NCBI GenBank assembly: GCA_964016885.1
Contig: OZ024747.1
Location: 17,236,001 to 17,300,000 of the forward strand
Length of the DNA stretch: 64,000 nucleotides
Direction of reading: 5' to 3'
From: Eledone cirrhosa
Taxonomy: Eukaryota
Positions 26,703 through 39,562 of the stretch are shown here, piece by piece; the first letter of the stretch is position 1; every line of letters begins with the position of its first letter. Under the pieces are notes generated by a model, which did not search any database, was not told the DNA's origin, and was given only the letters and a program-made list of their open reading frames with translations. A program made the position numbers and the translations under genes.

Positions 26703-27617
26703 CGTGTGTGTGCGCGTGCGTGTGTGTGTGTGTGCGCGTGTGTGTGTACGTGTGTGCGCGTGTGTAGGAAAAGTCAACGAGTAAAAACGACACAGAAGAA
26801 CTATACGGTGCAATGATGAGATATATTAATTTGGCGCTTGATATAGTAGGAAAAATCTTAATGTTTCGCACGTCAGGCTTTCACAAAGATAGAATGAAAG
26901 ATAGAAGCATAAATAGAATTCTAGACGAGAGACAGAGAGACAGACAAAGTAAGTTATATATTTTTTATATATCAAAAATAATGTGTATTGTAATTATTAC
27001 TGCACGACTCTTACAATCTAGAGACATAACTTAATGTATTTATGATATAGCATATCATCATATAATTTCACACAGGATGGCATACTGAGTTACTTTATGA
27101 TTAATTCTGTATGCCGAACGCAATGCCTTTAAAAATTAGGACACAATATGGGCTATGTTTAATCTTCTAGCAATCGCGTGCAGTATCAAATTATTAATAA
27201 TATAATCTTGGATTTAGATGCAAACAATTTTGTTGACTTTAATGTTTGATGGATCACGGATGGAATTGTTAGTAGTGAACCATTGAGAACTGATCAATCA
27301 ATATATTCTTTAGAGATCATTTAGGCCAATTGCCGATCTCAAACAGGCTACTGTTTGAGATCAAAGATTGCTTAATATCGAAACCACCTAACAATGAGTG
27401 AACTGGATGAAACTGGATACTAATAGGGACTTAGTACACAGACAAACTTGCAAGATTATCTCTGTTATGCAAAATGTAAAAGGGAACCACAAGTGTATTC
27501 AGTAACACTTTATTTATTGTATTAACGCTTCCATAAAAAATATAGATATCGCAATGGAAATATATATCTGTATTTGTCTTGTTTTGTAAATACACATAAC
27601 GAAGTTTATGAAAATAA

Positions 27618-27796
27618 TTGTTTCTACTTTTGGCACAAGACCAGCAATTATCCCAGTGTATTACTGGTGTTTTATTTTATCGACCCTCGTAAGGATGAAA
27701 GGCAAATTTAACCTCGGCGAGATTTGAACTCAGACCATAAAGGGCCGTAACCTTTTGCTGCAAAGCATGGCGTCAGACCCTCTACCGATAGTGCCA
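27618..27796 (-). mobile_element. SINE family A
   Basis: Close match to 59621-59804. Confidence 0.85.
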
Positions 27797-28082
27797 AAAA
27801 TAATATTACTTGTTCACTTGATATTGTATTTGGGAAAAACCTGTAATGTTCATGCGTTCCCTCTAGCCACTTGACACAAACATATTTACGTTTTGAAAGT
27901 CCTTGTGAACTATATCCATCTAATTTTTATAAACTTAAAAGAACTCACTGATTTTTCTGCAATTAATGCTATTTTGTTGTTTATACTTAAGTCAGTTCTC
28001 GATACTGTTCATAAGACAAGGAACATCGTAAAATTAAGAGCTGATATTCACTTGATTAGATCGTTGAGTTAAACTTTATATA

Positions 28083-28234
28083 TAACAAAGAACAAAGCGG
28101 GTGTGGTAAGATACCAGGTGTACCATAACGCACCAGAGTACTGAATACTTAGGGTAGTAGAGTGGGTAATATGAGTTCAGATCTAGCTGTCTAAACGGCC
28201 GGAGCTCAGCCGTCCTGGTCCTGACTCTTTTCAT
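28083..28234. mobile_element. TA-associated hairpin element, copy 6
   Basis: Family body followed by an inverted segment aaacggccggagctcagccgtc. Confidence 0.8.
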
Positions 28235-28279
28235 ATATATATATATATAAAGAGAGAAAGAGAGGGGGAGAGAGAGAGG

Positions 28280-28336
<57 letters not shown>

Positions 28337-28620
28337 ACGTGCTAAGCTGATGTATCACTAAAGGTTGATACATCCAGTCACGAAATCAGAACAATTCCAC
28401 GTCTAAATATTATGGTATAGGTCCTATGACCAACATGGAATCTTTAGTTGGTGGGATTAATATGATATCAATAGACGAGCCGATACGACCTAAGCCTATA
28501 TTCCGAAAAAAAAAACAGTTCTCGCTGTTGTAATGAGTTCCTTCCGAAACTAATAGATACACACACACAAACACGCACGCTCACCCGCGCACACACATAC
28601 ATGCACATGCGCGGACACGG

Positions 28621-28723
<103 letters not shown>

Positions 28724-28769
28724 ATAAAGAAAACGAAAAATCAGTGATGCATCTGGACTTAGTTTATTT

Positions 28770-28858
28770 CGTGTTACAAATGTTTCGCCGGCATGTAGTT
28801 CGAGTCATGGTCCTTGTATGGATCTGGCTGATTCTACTTCTGCGGGTTCTTTCAGACG

Positions 28859-28862
<4 letters not shown>
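28770..28862 (-). ncRNA. Degenerate hammerhead-like motif
   Basis: Minus strand reads gtcgt-CTGAAAGA-accc..cggc-GAAAC-attt-GTA-acacga. There is an extra base in the core and the stems are imperfect. Confidence 0.4.
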
Positions 28863-28934
<72 letters not shown>

Positions 28935-28941
<7 letters not shown>

Positions 28942-30058
28942 AGATCAAAAGATGGTTAAAGGAGTTCCATGTATTTTATTATGCGCATTTCAAAAACAAA
29001 CATCATCATGCAATAATATTTGTGTTTTCATCAGATAAAACAGGAGAACATGATATGAAGGCTAAAAAACACTTGTGGATAGTGCAGTTTTAAATCAACA
29101 TATGAAAAGTGGTTTTAGATTGATGTGTGATATTGGGAAACATATTTTATTTAGAGAGGGGGGTGGAAAGGATGAAAAGGGAAGGAGATGAGAGGGAGAG
29201 ATGGGTGATAGACAGAAAGAGATAGTTTTTATAACTGAGAGGAGATATATTGTTTTACATAGAGAGGTTGAAAACCGTTGGAAGATAATGTATAAATTAA
29301 AAATTTTGAAAATTAACGAAGGGAGGATATGTGCGAGGAAAAAATATTTTATTTAGGGAGGGGGGTGGAAAGGATGAAAAAAAGGGGGAGGAGATGAGAG
29401 GAGTGAAGGTGGAGAGGGAGAGATGGGTGATAGAGAGAAAGAGATAGTTTTTATAACTGAGAAAAAGATATATTGTTTTAACATAGAGAGGTTGGGAACC
29501 GTTGGAAGATAATGTATAAATTAAAGGAATTTGAAAATTAACGAAGGGAATTTATGTATGAAGATAGAGAGAAAAAAATAATAATTGTGGATGAATATTC
29601 TAACGTCAAAAAAAGAAATATATGTATTGTGGCAATTTCAAAATTAACGAAGAGAAAAATTATTAAGGTTTGTGTGTAGACGGATTTGAGAAAAATAATG
29701 TGAAGTTAAAGTTTGTATATTGAAGGAATTGATAATATATGCGAATAAAGAGTTAATATGTATTAATAATGAGTTCGTTGATGGGGAGAAAAAAATAATA
29801 AATTAAGGATGAAATTGAGATTAAAAAGATTTATGATAGAGAGAAAAAATAATAATGATTGCGGATGAATATTCTAACGTCAAAACAACAAATGTATATG
29901 TCATGCTTTTACAAGGTGAAGATAGAATGAGGGTAATGAGTAAACAAGTATTATAGAGTGTATAATGCCCTTTAAAGTAAGGTAGATGGGTATATTTTAA
30001 AGAGGTGTATGTATATGTGCCTTTGAGAAAAGATTCTACTACAATAAAACTCACCTCC
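28935..30058 (-). mobile_element. PLE-like 3' region with HHR and internal diverged duplications
   Basis: Bounded by (TA)n with an HHR near its 3' end. 29145-29330 is repeated at 29345-29550. Confidence 0.6.
28974..29040 (-). ncRNA. Type I hammerhead ribozyme with palindromic stem III
   Basis: Minus strand reads ttttat-CTGATGA-aaacacaaatattatt..atgatgtttgttttt-GAAA-tgcgca-TA-ataaaa. Confidence 0.85.
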
Positions 30059-30093
<35 letters not shown>

Positions 30094-30597
30094 CGGCTAT
30101 ATTATTTGCAAATTAATATTCAATTTGGATTTTTTATTGGTAAGTTCAACAAAGTTCCTTCGTCACACATTCTGTGACTACCTCAATAAATATTTAGTTT
30201 CCTCTGTGAGTGCTCTGCTTTCTGATTTTATTGTGTTCACTACATCATGGAAAGAAGAGGAGGCACAGAGAAGAGCGAATATTCAATCGTTATAGTACAA
30301 CATATTATATTTCACTTAATTTACTACATCTGAATGGATTTCTAGCTGACAGCCTTTCTTTCGTTCCTTCGTTCGTTCATTCGATAAGAAGCTTTAACTA
30401 AAAGGAAGAGATATATTTAAATCCTATTGTGATAGATTCACAAGCCAAGATCGATTAACGGTAACTAAAGTTAAAAATATTTATGGAACATGTCACGAAA
30501 CTTCACTATCAGCTGCTGAATAATCAATATATTTGAAGATGATTAAATATTTTTCTTATTAACATTTGATAAAAGAGAGACATACTTGTGGCAATAC

Positions 30598-30599
30598 TA

Positions 30600-30663
<64 letters not shown>
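30598..30663. repeat. (AAT)n tract at the 5' junction of the R4/Dong-like LINE
   Basis: Direct inspection. Confidence 0.95.
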
Positions 30664-32848
30664 TAAAATCAGCAAGTGACATAGACATAAAAAGAAAATA
30701 CATTATAAAATCAACAAGTGACATAGACATGCTGATAGAAATAATCAAGCAAAAAGTGTCGGCCAAAGCTGCTCGTATAAGGCGCTTTGAAAAATGATCT
30801 AGATTCTATAAGGACAATAATATGTTCAAAAACAACCTAAGAAACTTCTACAGAAAAATTGGCAAGTCAACAATAAGTGTTAAATCAATACCACCCAAGG
30901 AGGAAGTGCAAGAATTCTGGGAAAAGATGTGGGCCGAAGAAAAAATTCATAATATACATGTCCCATGGATAGACAGACAAATGAAAGATACAGCTAACCT
31001 TGGGGAACAAATATGGGAAAATATAACAGTTGAACAGTTGCGTTTGGCTCTTAGAAAAAACAGCAAATGGAAATCCCCAGGAAAAGACAAAATACCAAAT
31101 GTTTGGATAAATGCCTTCACAGAGTCTCATGAGCTGTTAGCCCAACTTTACAATGAAATAGTTAAGGAGCCAGAAAAGATACCATCATGGCTAATTAACG
31201 GCATTACATTCCTGCTTCCGAAGAATGATGAGACAAACAATCCCCAAAATTACAGACCGATAACTTTCTTGACCACAATGTATAACATTTTAACATCAGT
31301 CCTAACTGAATATACATATGACCACCTGATAACAAATGACCTATTTCCCAATGAGCAGAGAGGGTGTAAACGAGGCTCATATGGCTGTAAGGATCAGCTT
31401 TTGGTTAACAAAATGATACTGGAAGATTGTCATAATAGAGACAAAAATCTATCAATTGCTTGGATAGATTATAAAAAAGCATTCGATAGTTTGCCACACA
31501 GTTGGATTGAAAAATGTTTAGAGATTTTCAAAATATCTCCCGTTGTCAGGAGGTTCCTGTCATTCAGTATGAAGACATGGATAACGAGACTCCTTTTGAA
31601 TAGTGAAATAAAATCACTGGAAGCTGGAGAAGTTAATATTAATTGTGGAATGTTTCAGGGTGACTCTTTATCACTGCTTTTATTCTGCATTGCACTTATA
31701 CCATTAAGTAAAATGCTCAATGAAACAAAACATGAATATAAAGTCTATGACAAAACCATTAATCACTTGTTATACATGGATGACCTGAAACTATTTGCAA
31801 AAATTGATGAACAATTGCAAGGGCTATTATCCACTGTGGAGCAGTTCAGTGATGACATTAAAAGGGAGTTTGGACTAGATAAATGCGCCAAAGCAACGTT
31901 CACCAGAGGAAAGCTGCTGAAAAGTTGAGACATTAATCTTGATCGAGGGAGTTTGGACTAGATAAATGCGCCAAAGCAACGTTCACCAGAGGAAAGCTGC
32001 TGAAAAGTTGAGACATTAATCTTGATCGAGGGAATGTGATAAGAGAACGTGATCAAGAGGAAACTTACAAATATCAAGGTGTTTGTGAAGGAGACGGAAT
32101 CAAGCACTCGACAATGAGAGAAAGGATAAGGAAGGAATGTTACCGCAGAGTAAGAGCAATCTTAAGAACGGAATTGAATGCAAGGAATAGGATCGATGCC
32201 ATAAACACGCTTGCTATACCAGTAGTAGCCTACAGTTACAATGTCATCAGCTGGTCAAGCACAGAGATCCGTAGGCTCGATACAAAAATTAAAAAATTCT
32301 TAACCATGCAGAGAATGCATCACCCTAAGGCAGATACAGAGAGAATATATCTTCCTAGGAAAGAAGGAGGACGTGGGTTAATCCAGTTAGATATTGCGTT
32401 GAAAACTACAACAATTGGATTATCTACATATCTAAAGGAATCACATGATTGGATCATCAAAAAAGTTTTGAAACACGAAAGCATCAAAAGATAATACTCC
32501 ATTACAAAAGATGCACAAAGATACAGTAATGGACTACACATTTCAGAAGTCCCATTTACTGCTGAAATGGAAAACACAGAAAAAGCAAAGCAGGTAAAAG
32601 TAACTGCAAAGAAAGAACTGCTAAAGAAACTGGCTAAGAAATGGCAAGAAAAGCCGCTGTATGGAAAATACTCAGAAAGAGCTAACAATCCTGATGTTGA
32701 CAAAACTTTAACCCATCAGTCGTTGGCATCCTCTGGACTGAAATCGGAGACTGAAGGACTGATTATATCAGCACAAGATCAGTGTCTGCCAACAAAATAT
32801 TATCAAGCCAACATAATAAAAAATGGATGCAACCCATTATGCCGTGTA
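30664..32848 (+). pseudogene. R4/Dong-like non-LTR retrotransposon reverse transcriptase, disrupted
   Basis: KSPGKDKI, YRPI, EQRG, WIDYKKAFDS, GMFQGDSLS, HLLYMDDLKL, FGLDKC, RIYLPRKEGGRGL, ETEGLIISAQDQ. It has stop codons, an 83 bp tandem duplication (31863-32028), and is cut at the zinc knuckle (CRV). Confidence 0.9.
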
Positions 32849-34270
32849 TGGAACGAGGTGACGAGAAGGGTGGCCTCCCTCACCCAGAAATGGGCCGAGA
32901 GGAAGCTGTCCCTGAAAGGCCGGGCCGAGATGGCAATGCGTACATCGCAACCGTCATCTGCTACCGCCTCACCGTCGTCCCTTGCTCCAGCCCAACTCTC
33001 ACCAAAATGGAGCGCTTCCTCTTCCGCTTTTTGTGGAAGGGACGCGCTCCCATGGTCAGACGATCCATCTGCTGTCAACACCCGTTGCGTGGAGGACTGG
33101 GCATGCCATGGCTGATGATGCGCAAACATGCGCTGAGGTTGCGACATCTCTGGTGCTTCCTTGACGGTGAACAGGTGTGGTCGCCGTTCGCCAGGCACGT
33201 TTTCCCACAGCTGGTCTCCTTGACGGAGCTGCAGTCCTGGGTCAGAAAAAGACCGAGGGATAGCGCTTGGAAACTGGATTGTCTCCAGGCGCTCACTGCT
33301 CTCTGCCATCTGGGCACCAGTATCGGTGGAACATCCACCTCGGCGTTCTATACAGGACTAGTGGAGGGGGAGAGCGACGACATTCTCGGTGAGATCCTGG
33401 GCGTCGAAGAAGATCAGCTGTTTGCTCTCTTCCGGAGAACTTTCAGCCCAGGGCCTATGGATAACTTCCAAAAATCCCTAGCCTGGCAGTGCTACCGGGG
33501 AGCGCTGCCGGTTCGAGATAAGCTCTACAGGCATGGAAGTGCCGTCAGCCGAGCCTGTCCGAGATGCGCGCAGAGCGACGAAACCGTCGTGCACGCACTC
33601 GTTCAGTGCCCGAGCATTGCTGACTTGTGGAGCTATGTCGAACAGTTGCTGTCGCGTGTAGGACTGATCCGGTTATCGACTGAGTCCATTGTGCAGATGG
33701 TCTCGCCGTCTTCCTTCGAGGAGGAAGGGCAGGCGGTTTTCATCTGCCTGGTGGCCATGGCGAAAGTGCTTGTGTGGTGGACAAGGTTAAAAGGGTTAAA
33801 GACAGACACTTACCTCTTCGGCGAATCCCTAATTAACTTTTTCAAGTTTCACTTGAAGAGGAAAATCAGGGTGGAGAGGCAAGTGCTGCCTTCTAGCAAG
33901 TTTGTTGAAAGGTGGGTGAATGTAGCAAGAATGGCCCGAGTGAACGGGACCGCTCTGAATATACGTCTGTAGTTTGAGAAATGGAAAAAATTGAGAGAGG
34001 GCGCTTGCCCTGGTGGTCAGGGTGGCCGTGGTCTTTTGTGTGGTTTTCGCCACGAGTAAACCTCGGAGGTTTCTCCGCTGTTGGGGAATTTTTCATTGTT
34101 TCAATTTTCATTTTTATTGTTTATATATATATATATGTTTCTATGTCCTTTTTTTTCTTTTCTTATATAAATAATAAAAATATTTACACGCACAAAACCC
34201 ACATCGTACCGTCCTGTGCCGTCTGTAATGTTTTTCTTGATGTCAGCCCTTGTAACCAATAAAGAAATCA
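32849..34270 (+). mobile_element. Tx1/L1-like LINE 3' portion (post-RT region, zinc finger, 3' UTR)
   Basis: LSLKGR, FRFLWKG, GGLGMP, ALPVRDKL, CPRCAQSDETVVHALVQC. AATAAA at 34258 is followed by (TTA)n. Confidence 0.9.
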
Positions 34271-34295
34271 TTATTATTATTATTATTATTATTAT

Positions 34296-35075
34296 TGTTC
34301 TTTGAGTCTCAGTCATTGATGTTAGTTAACTGGAAAGTTTGTTGAAATGAATATCAAGCCACTACCTGCAGCCTCAGATATTCAGGACTTATCGGAGGGT
34401 TCTTGCTGTTCCCAGCAAGCATGCCTTTTGAAGTGTTCCAAAAAGCGGGGCTGGACTAATCTTCTTTAACCATCCTTGGAAACTCTTTGTGATAGTATCT
34501 AGTGCGCCTATGACAATCGGGACGACCTTGATTTCAGGACAGCTGCAAATCGTTTTTAACTCGGGTATCGGTTAATTTTCTCCCTCTCCTTCTCTTGCAC
34601 TCAGGTTCAATGGCCAGGCTACATCTACAATCAGGCACGATCTTTTTTCCTTGTCCAAAACCACCAGGTTCGGCCTACTGTCTTCTAATTTCTTGTCCGT
34701 CCGTATCCTAAAATCCCATAGCACCTTCACCTGATCGTTTTCTATCACCGACTCTGGCTTATGCTCATACCACTTCTCAGAATGTGGTAACTTATTTAGT
34801 TTGCATAGGTGCCAGTGGATCACCCTGCCTATCACATCATGTCTCCAGCCTTTATAGTGAGTCTGGGCTAGGTGTTTACACTCGGTTACAATGTGAGCCA
34901 CAGTCTCCTCTCTCTCTCCACAGATCCTACACAGAGTGCTAGCCTCCTCCTTGTAAATATGGTGTTTCACCCACTTCGTTCTGAGGGCTTGCTCTTGCGC
35001 AGCTATTAGCATTCTTTCTGTAGCTTTTTAAATGTCTCCTCTTTTTAACCAGTTCCATGTCTGTGGATCTCTATA
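34296..35075 (-). mobile_element. R4/Dong-like LINE 3' end (zinc knuckle plus restriction-like endonuclease)
   Basis: AAQEQAL, CRICGEREETVAHIVTEC, RHD, WDFRIRTD, RPNLVV..IVDVAWP, KVVPIVIGAL, LQKACLLGTAR. (AAT)n tail on its own strand. Confidence 0.9.
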
Positions 35076-35121
35076 TTCAGTTTTCTAAAGAAGGTACTAT
35101 TATTATTATTATTATTATTAT

Positions 35122-35248
35122 TATCGGTAGAGAGTTGGACGCCATGCTTTCCAGCATAGAGTTACGTCCCTTTACAGACTGAGTTAAAAAACTGCCGAGG
35201 TTAACTTTGCCTTTCATCCTCACGGGGTCGATAAAACAAAGTACCAGA
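35122..35248 (+). mobile_element. SINE family A after a (TTA)n tract
   Basis: Matches 7325-7447. Confidence 0.85.
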
Positions 35249-35650
35249 AGTTTCACTAGAAGAGGAAAATCAGGGTGGAGAGGCAAGTGCTGTCTTCTAC
35301 TAAGTTTGTTGAAAGGGAGGGGGGGTAATAGTGGCGAGTCTTGTCAGAAGAAACGGGCCCGCTCTGAGTATGAGCCTGTAGACTGAGGAGTGGGAAAACT
35401 GAGAGAGGGCGCTTGCCCTGGTGGTCAGGGTGACCGAGGTCTTTTGTGTGGTTTTCGCCACGAGTGACCCATGGAGGTTTTCCTCTTTGGGGAATTTGTT
35501 TTTTTAATTTTTGAATTTGTTTTTACACATTTCTGTCTTGTTATAACCTTTTTACACGGCCCAAACCCTCTATGTATCGTCATGTACCGTTCTATGCCTT
35601 CTGTAATGTTTTTCGTCATGTTAGCCCTTGTGGCCAATAATGAAACTATT
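35249..35650 (+). mobile_element. Tx1/L1-like LINE 3' fragment
   Basis: Diverged match to 33845-34270, ending in (TTA)n. Confidence 0.85.
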
Positions 35651-35671
35651 GTTATTATTATTATTATTATT

Positions 35672-35880
35672 GTTCTTTAAGTCTCAGTCATTGGTGTTAT
35701 TTAAGTGGAAAGTTTGTTGGAATGAATATCAAGCCGCGACCTGCAGCCTCAGATATTAAGGACGTATCGGAGGGTTCTTGCTGTTCCCAGAAAGCATGCC
35801 TTTTGAAGTGGTACAAAAAGCGGGGCTGAACTGATCTTCTTTAACCATCCTTGGAAACTCCTTGAGATAGTACCTAGTGC
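35672..35880 (-). mobile_element. R4/Dong-like LINE 3' fragment
   Basis: Close match to 34296-34508. Translates to GALGTISRSFQGWLKKI..LQKACFLGTARTLRYVLNI. Confidence 0.85.
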
Positions 35881-37342
35881 TCCGCAAAGGATGTCCCCTC
35901 TCGTTCCTCTTGTACGTATTGACTCTCGAGCTATTACTGCACAAACTGGAGACGTTGAGGGGGGTCCCGCGCGAACTAGGATGCGGAAGATCCGTGTCAG
36001 CATATGCGGACGATGTCACCGTAGTCGTGTCGAACGCCAAACATATCGAGGCGATCGGCATTACACTAAGAGAATACGAAGCGGTGACAGGAGCAATGAT
36101 CAACCAGGAAAAGTCGGTGGGCCTGCAGCTCGGCACCTGGAGAGGCAGGTCCATGCCGTCCAACGGCGTCGTCGGGCGCTGGACGGACGGATCGGTTAAA
36201 TTGCTAGGCGTCTGGTTCGATCCGGACCTCCAGACGGACAAAAACTGGGACGAGGTGACGAGCAGGGTGGCTTCTCTCACCCAGAAATGGGCGTAGAGGA
36301 AGCTATCCCTGAAAGGTCGAGCGGAGGTGGTAACGCGTACATCGGGTCCGTCATCTACTACCGCCTGACCGTCGTGCCTTGTCCTAAGCCTCGCCTGACT
36401 GTGCTGGAGTGTTTGCTCTTTCGCTTTTTGTGGAAGGGACGCGCTCCGATGGTTAGGCGGTCCATCTGCTGTCAACAACCGCTACGTGGAGGGCTGGGCA
36501 AGCCGTGGCTGATGATGCGCAGACCCGCGCTCAGGCTACGACATCTCCACCTCTTCCTTCACGGTGATCAGCTGTGGTCGCCGTTTCCTAGACGCGTCTT
36601 TCTCCTCTCCAGCTCGTCTCCTTGACGGAGCTGCAGTCCTGGGTCAAGCGAAGACCGAGAGGGAGCGCTTGGAGACTGGTATGTCTTCAGGCGCTCACAG
36701 CCCTCGACCAATCGGGCAATGTGATCGGTGGAAACTCCACCTTGGCGTTCTATAGAGGATTAGTGGAGGGGAAGAGCGACAACGTACCTGGAGAAACTCT
36801 AGGCGTTGACGAAAATCAACTAGCCAATCTCTTCGGAAGGACTTTCGGGCCGTGGCCTATGGACAACTTCCAGAAATCCCTGGCCTGGCAGTGCTACCGA
36901 GGAGCTTTGCCAGTTCGGGATAAACTCTACAGACATGGAGGTGCCGTCAGCCAGGCATGTCCGAGATGCGCGCAGGGCGACAAAACCGTTTAGAGATGGG
37001 AGTGCTTTCTTACCAGCATTTTGTTGAAAGATGGTTGAGAGAAGCAAGTATGGCCCGAGTGAATGGGCCTACTCTGAGTATGTGTCTTTAAATTAAAGGT
37101 GGAAAACTGGGAGAGGGCACTTGCCCTGGTGGTCAGGGTCACTGTGGCCTTTTAATGGGCTTTCTCCACAAATGTCCTTCGGAAGTCTCCCCCCCCCCCT
37201 ATTGGGAAATTTGTCATTGTTATTTTTATTACATCCTCTGTTTTGTTTACACGCAGAAATGCCCATTTGTACTGTCCTGTATTGTCCTGTACTGTCCTTA
37301 ATCTCTACTTTATGTAAACCGTTGTGGTTAATAAAGAAAGCA
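35881..37342 (+). pseudogene. Tx1/L1-like LINE RT C-terminal half to 3' UTR, disrupted
   Basis: RKGCPLSFLLYVL, SAYADD, INQEKS, VKLLGVWF, FRFLWKG, CPRC. It carries a stop, frameshifts and an internal deletion, then AATAAA and (TTA)n. Confidence 0.9.
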
Positions 37343-37360
37343 TTATTATTATTATTATTA

Positions 37361-37740
37361 TGTCTTTATTAACTAAACAGGTCTCACAATAAGAAACCAT
37401 TAAGGATGGCTTAGGACGGTACAGTGTGAGTTTGTGCCTGTTAAAAAAAGTTTGAATGAAAACAATGAAAACTCTAAAATTAAAAGTAAAACAAAATAAT
37501 AATAGGTGGGAAACTTCCCACAGTCACTCGTGGAGGAAGTCCAGAAAAGGTCACGGACACACCGACCACTACAGCAAGAGCCCCAGTTAGTTGCCCTCCT
37601 ACAATCTTCCGACATACCGAACGAAGTATGTTTCCAATCATATCAGACGAAAGTTTCAGTCTTACCCTGTAACACTTCATTTTTCTACCATCTGCTTTGT
37701 CTTCTATACTTCTCCCTACCTGAGAATTACTTTCTCTAAT
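37361..37740 (-). mobile_element. Diverged Tx1/L1-related 3' fragment, tail-to-tail with the previous element
   Basis: Minus strand ctcttgctgtagtggtcggtgtgtccgtgacctttt..ccacgagtgac and tgtaccgtcc..aataaaga resemble the Tx1 3' UTR at 34000-34265. Confidence 0.6.
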
Positions 37741-38113
37741 TATTTTGGCGGGTGCATCACGAATTATATTACATATAAACACCTGAAATATAGTATAAAT
37801 ATATATGTAGACAAACTCGGACATATTCACAGATGAATAAGGAAACACATTTTTATATGTAAACATGTAAACATGACTTACGTAGATTGATGACCAGCTT
37901 AAGACAGAACCAATGTTTTGTTCTAATTGAACACTCCTTTACGGATGTATGTAACTGTGACAACCTGCAGAGAAATACTTAATTAATCTCTACTTAATTC
38001 AACTATATATTTAACTGAACACATGATAGCTGAAATGTACTATAATTATATATCAGTACACACACATCTCGCTGTTACTGCCAAATTTATTGGGCTTATA
38101 AAACTATTAGATA

Positions 38114-38216
38114 TACAGGTTGTCCCAGACAATGAATACATCCTTTGATTACATGTACAGGCAATATTTATTAGAATGCTGTTAAAGTGTGTATACATTT
38201 TTGGGGACTCCCTGTA
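38114..38216. mobile_element. Tc1/mariner-type MITE
   Basis: TA-caggttgtccc...ggggactccctg-TA. The interior matches 48523-48624. Confidence 0.75.
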
Positions 38217-39015
38217 TATATCCTTATAGATTGTATATATCCGTATAGATTGTTACTTCAATTATAACTGAAACTCGAGGCATCTTTTTTAATCAACGCC
38301 AAAATACGTAAAAAAGTAATTTTGTATGTTAACATATGTACATTTTGTTAAACTATACATTGTTTCTCTATAGATGTGTATTCATAACAAATTATATTGT
38401 TAAAATACAAAACAGAGAAAAATGATGTTCTGATTTCAAAGAAAATGAAACGAATCTATCCAAATAAAAATATTTATTATATTATACGTATTGTTCGTGA
38501 TTGTTACAGCAAAAATATATTCTTTTGTTACCCAGAAAATATATTCTATGAATGGTATTCACGGAGAGGAAAATAAGGAACGAAAGATCATTCAACTCAA
38601 AATAAAATGAAATGAACTTTAAAAAAAAAAAAGTGAAACAAACATTTCAATACAGTTATCGAAACGAGATTAAAAATTAACATACATTATTCAAAAACTT
38701 TTCCATTTTGTTCGTGGGTAAAAAAAAACAAGCGACAAAGTAATGAAACTACACAAAGGATCACATGAGAAAATGAAAAATAATATGATGGCTTAGTCCA
38801 CTATAGCCCGAATGGATTTCAGTAAGGCATATAAAACTCAATAGAAGAGTAAAGCCTCTGTCATTAACTAGGTCCCTAATTACAAGCTGAAAAACAAGAT
38901 ATAGACATATGGGTGTATTCGGTAGCATTGACTAAACTGTAAAACAGACTAAAGTCAAAGCTACTGAAAAGGAAAATAAAGAAAATATATATTCTCCAAA
39001 TCACAAAATATTAGA

Positions 39016-39051
<36 letters not shown>

Positions 39052-39069
39052 ATGTATGTACATATATGT

Positions 39070-39334
39070 ATCAACTTTTCAAATACAAGTCGATGTTGAA
39101 AGGTATGTCAAATCTATCTATTTATAAGACTGTTTATATTGTATTTTGTCTGAAGAAGGCATAACATATTTTTAATATGATATCCCTGAAATATATATAA
39201 TGAAATAAATATGGTTTTATAAATATAATTTCCATTTATTTAATATCGTAAATATACTCCAAATACTTGTTGAGTGCTTTTATATCAGTTATAAATATTT
39301 ACTCGTTGTAACCCAACAATTTAAATATAACTTT

Positions 39335-39338
<4 letters not shown>
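39070..39338 (+). mobile_element. Second copy of the ~270 bp HHR element
   Basis: Matches 3857-4126 end to end and is flanked by TA-rich microsatellite. Confidence 0.85.
39142..39207 (+). ncRNA. Type I hammerhead ribozyme
   Basis: tattttgt-CTGAAGA-agg..cct-GAAA-tatata-TA-atgaaata. It differs from the 3938 copy at the variable N of CUGANGA. Confidence 0.8.
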
Positions 39339-39368
<30 letters not shown>

Positions 39369-39414
39369 TAATAAAAACAATGAATAAAAACAAAGAACAA
39401 GTTCCTTATATTAA

Positions 39415-39562
39415 CAAATTCATCATTTTACGATCGTTTCTAGGGTATATATGTCTGTTGGTATGTATATCAGATAGATCTATGTAAAAATATTACAAAT
39501 TATGATGGGAAATATACATACCTTCATATATATATGCTGTCTTCAGAAATAATGAAATTTGT
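39415..39562 (-). ncRNA. Type I hammerhead ribozyme with extended stem II
   Basis: Minus strand reads ttcattattt-CTGAAGA-..ggtatgtatat..atatacatacc..-GAAAC-gatc-GTA-aaatgatgaa. Stem I is 10 bp and stem III is the palindrome acgatcgt. Confidence 0.75.
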
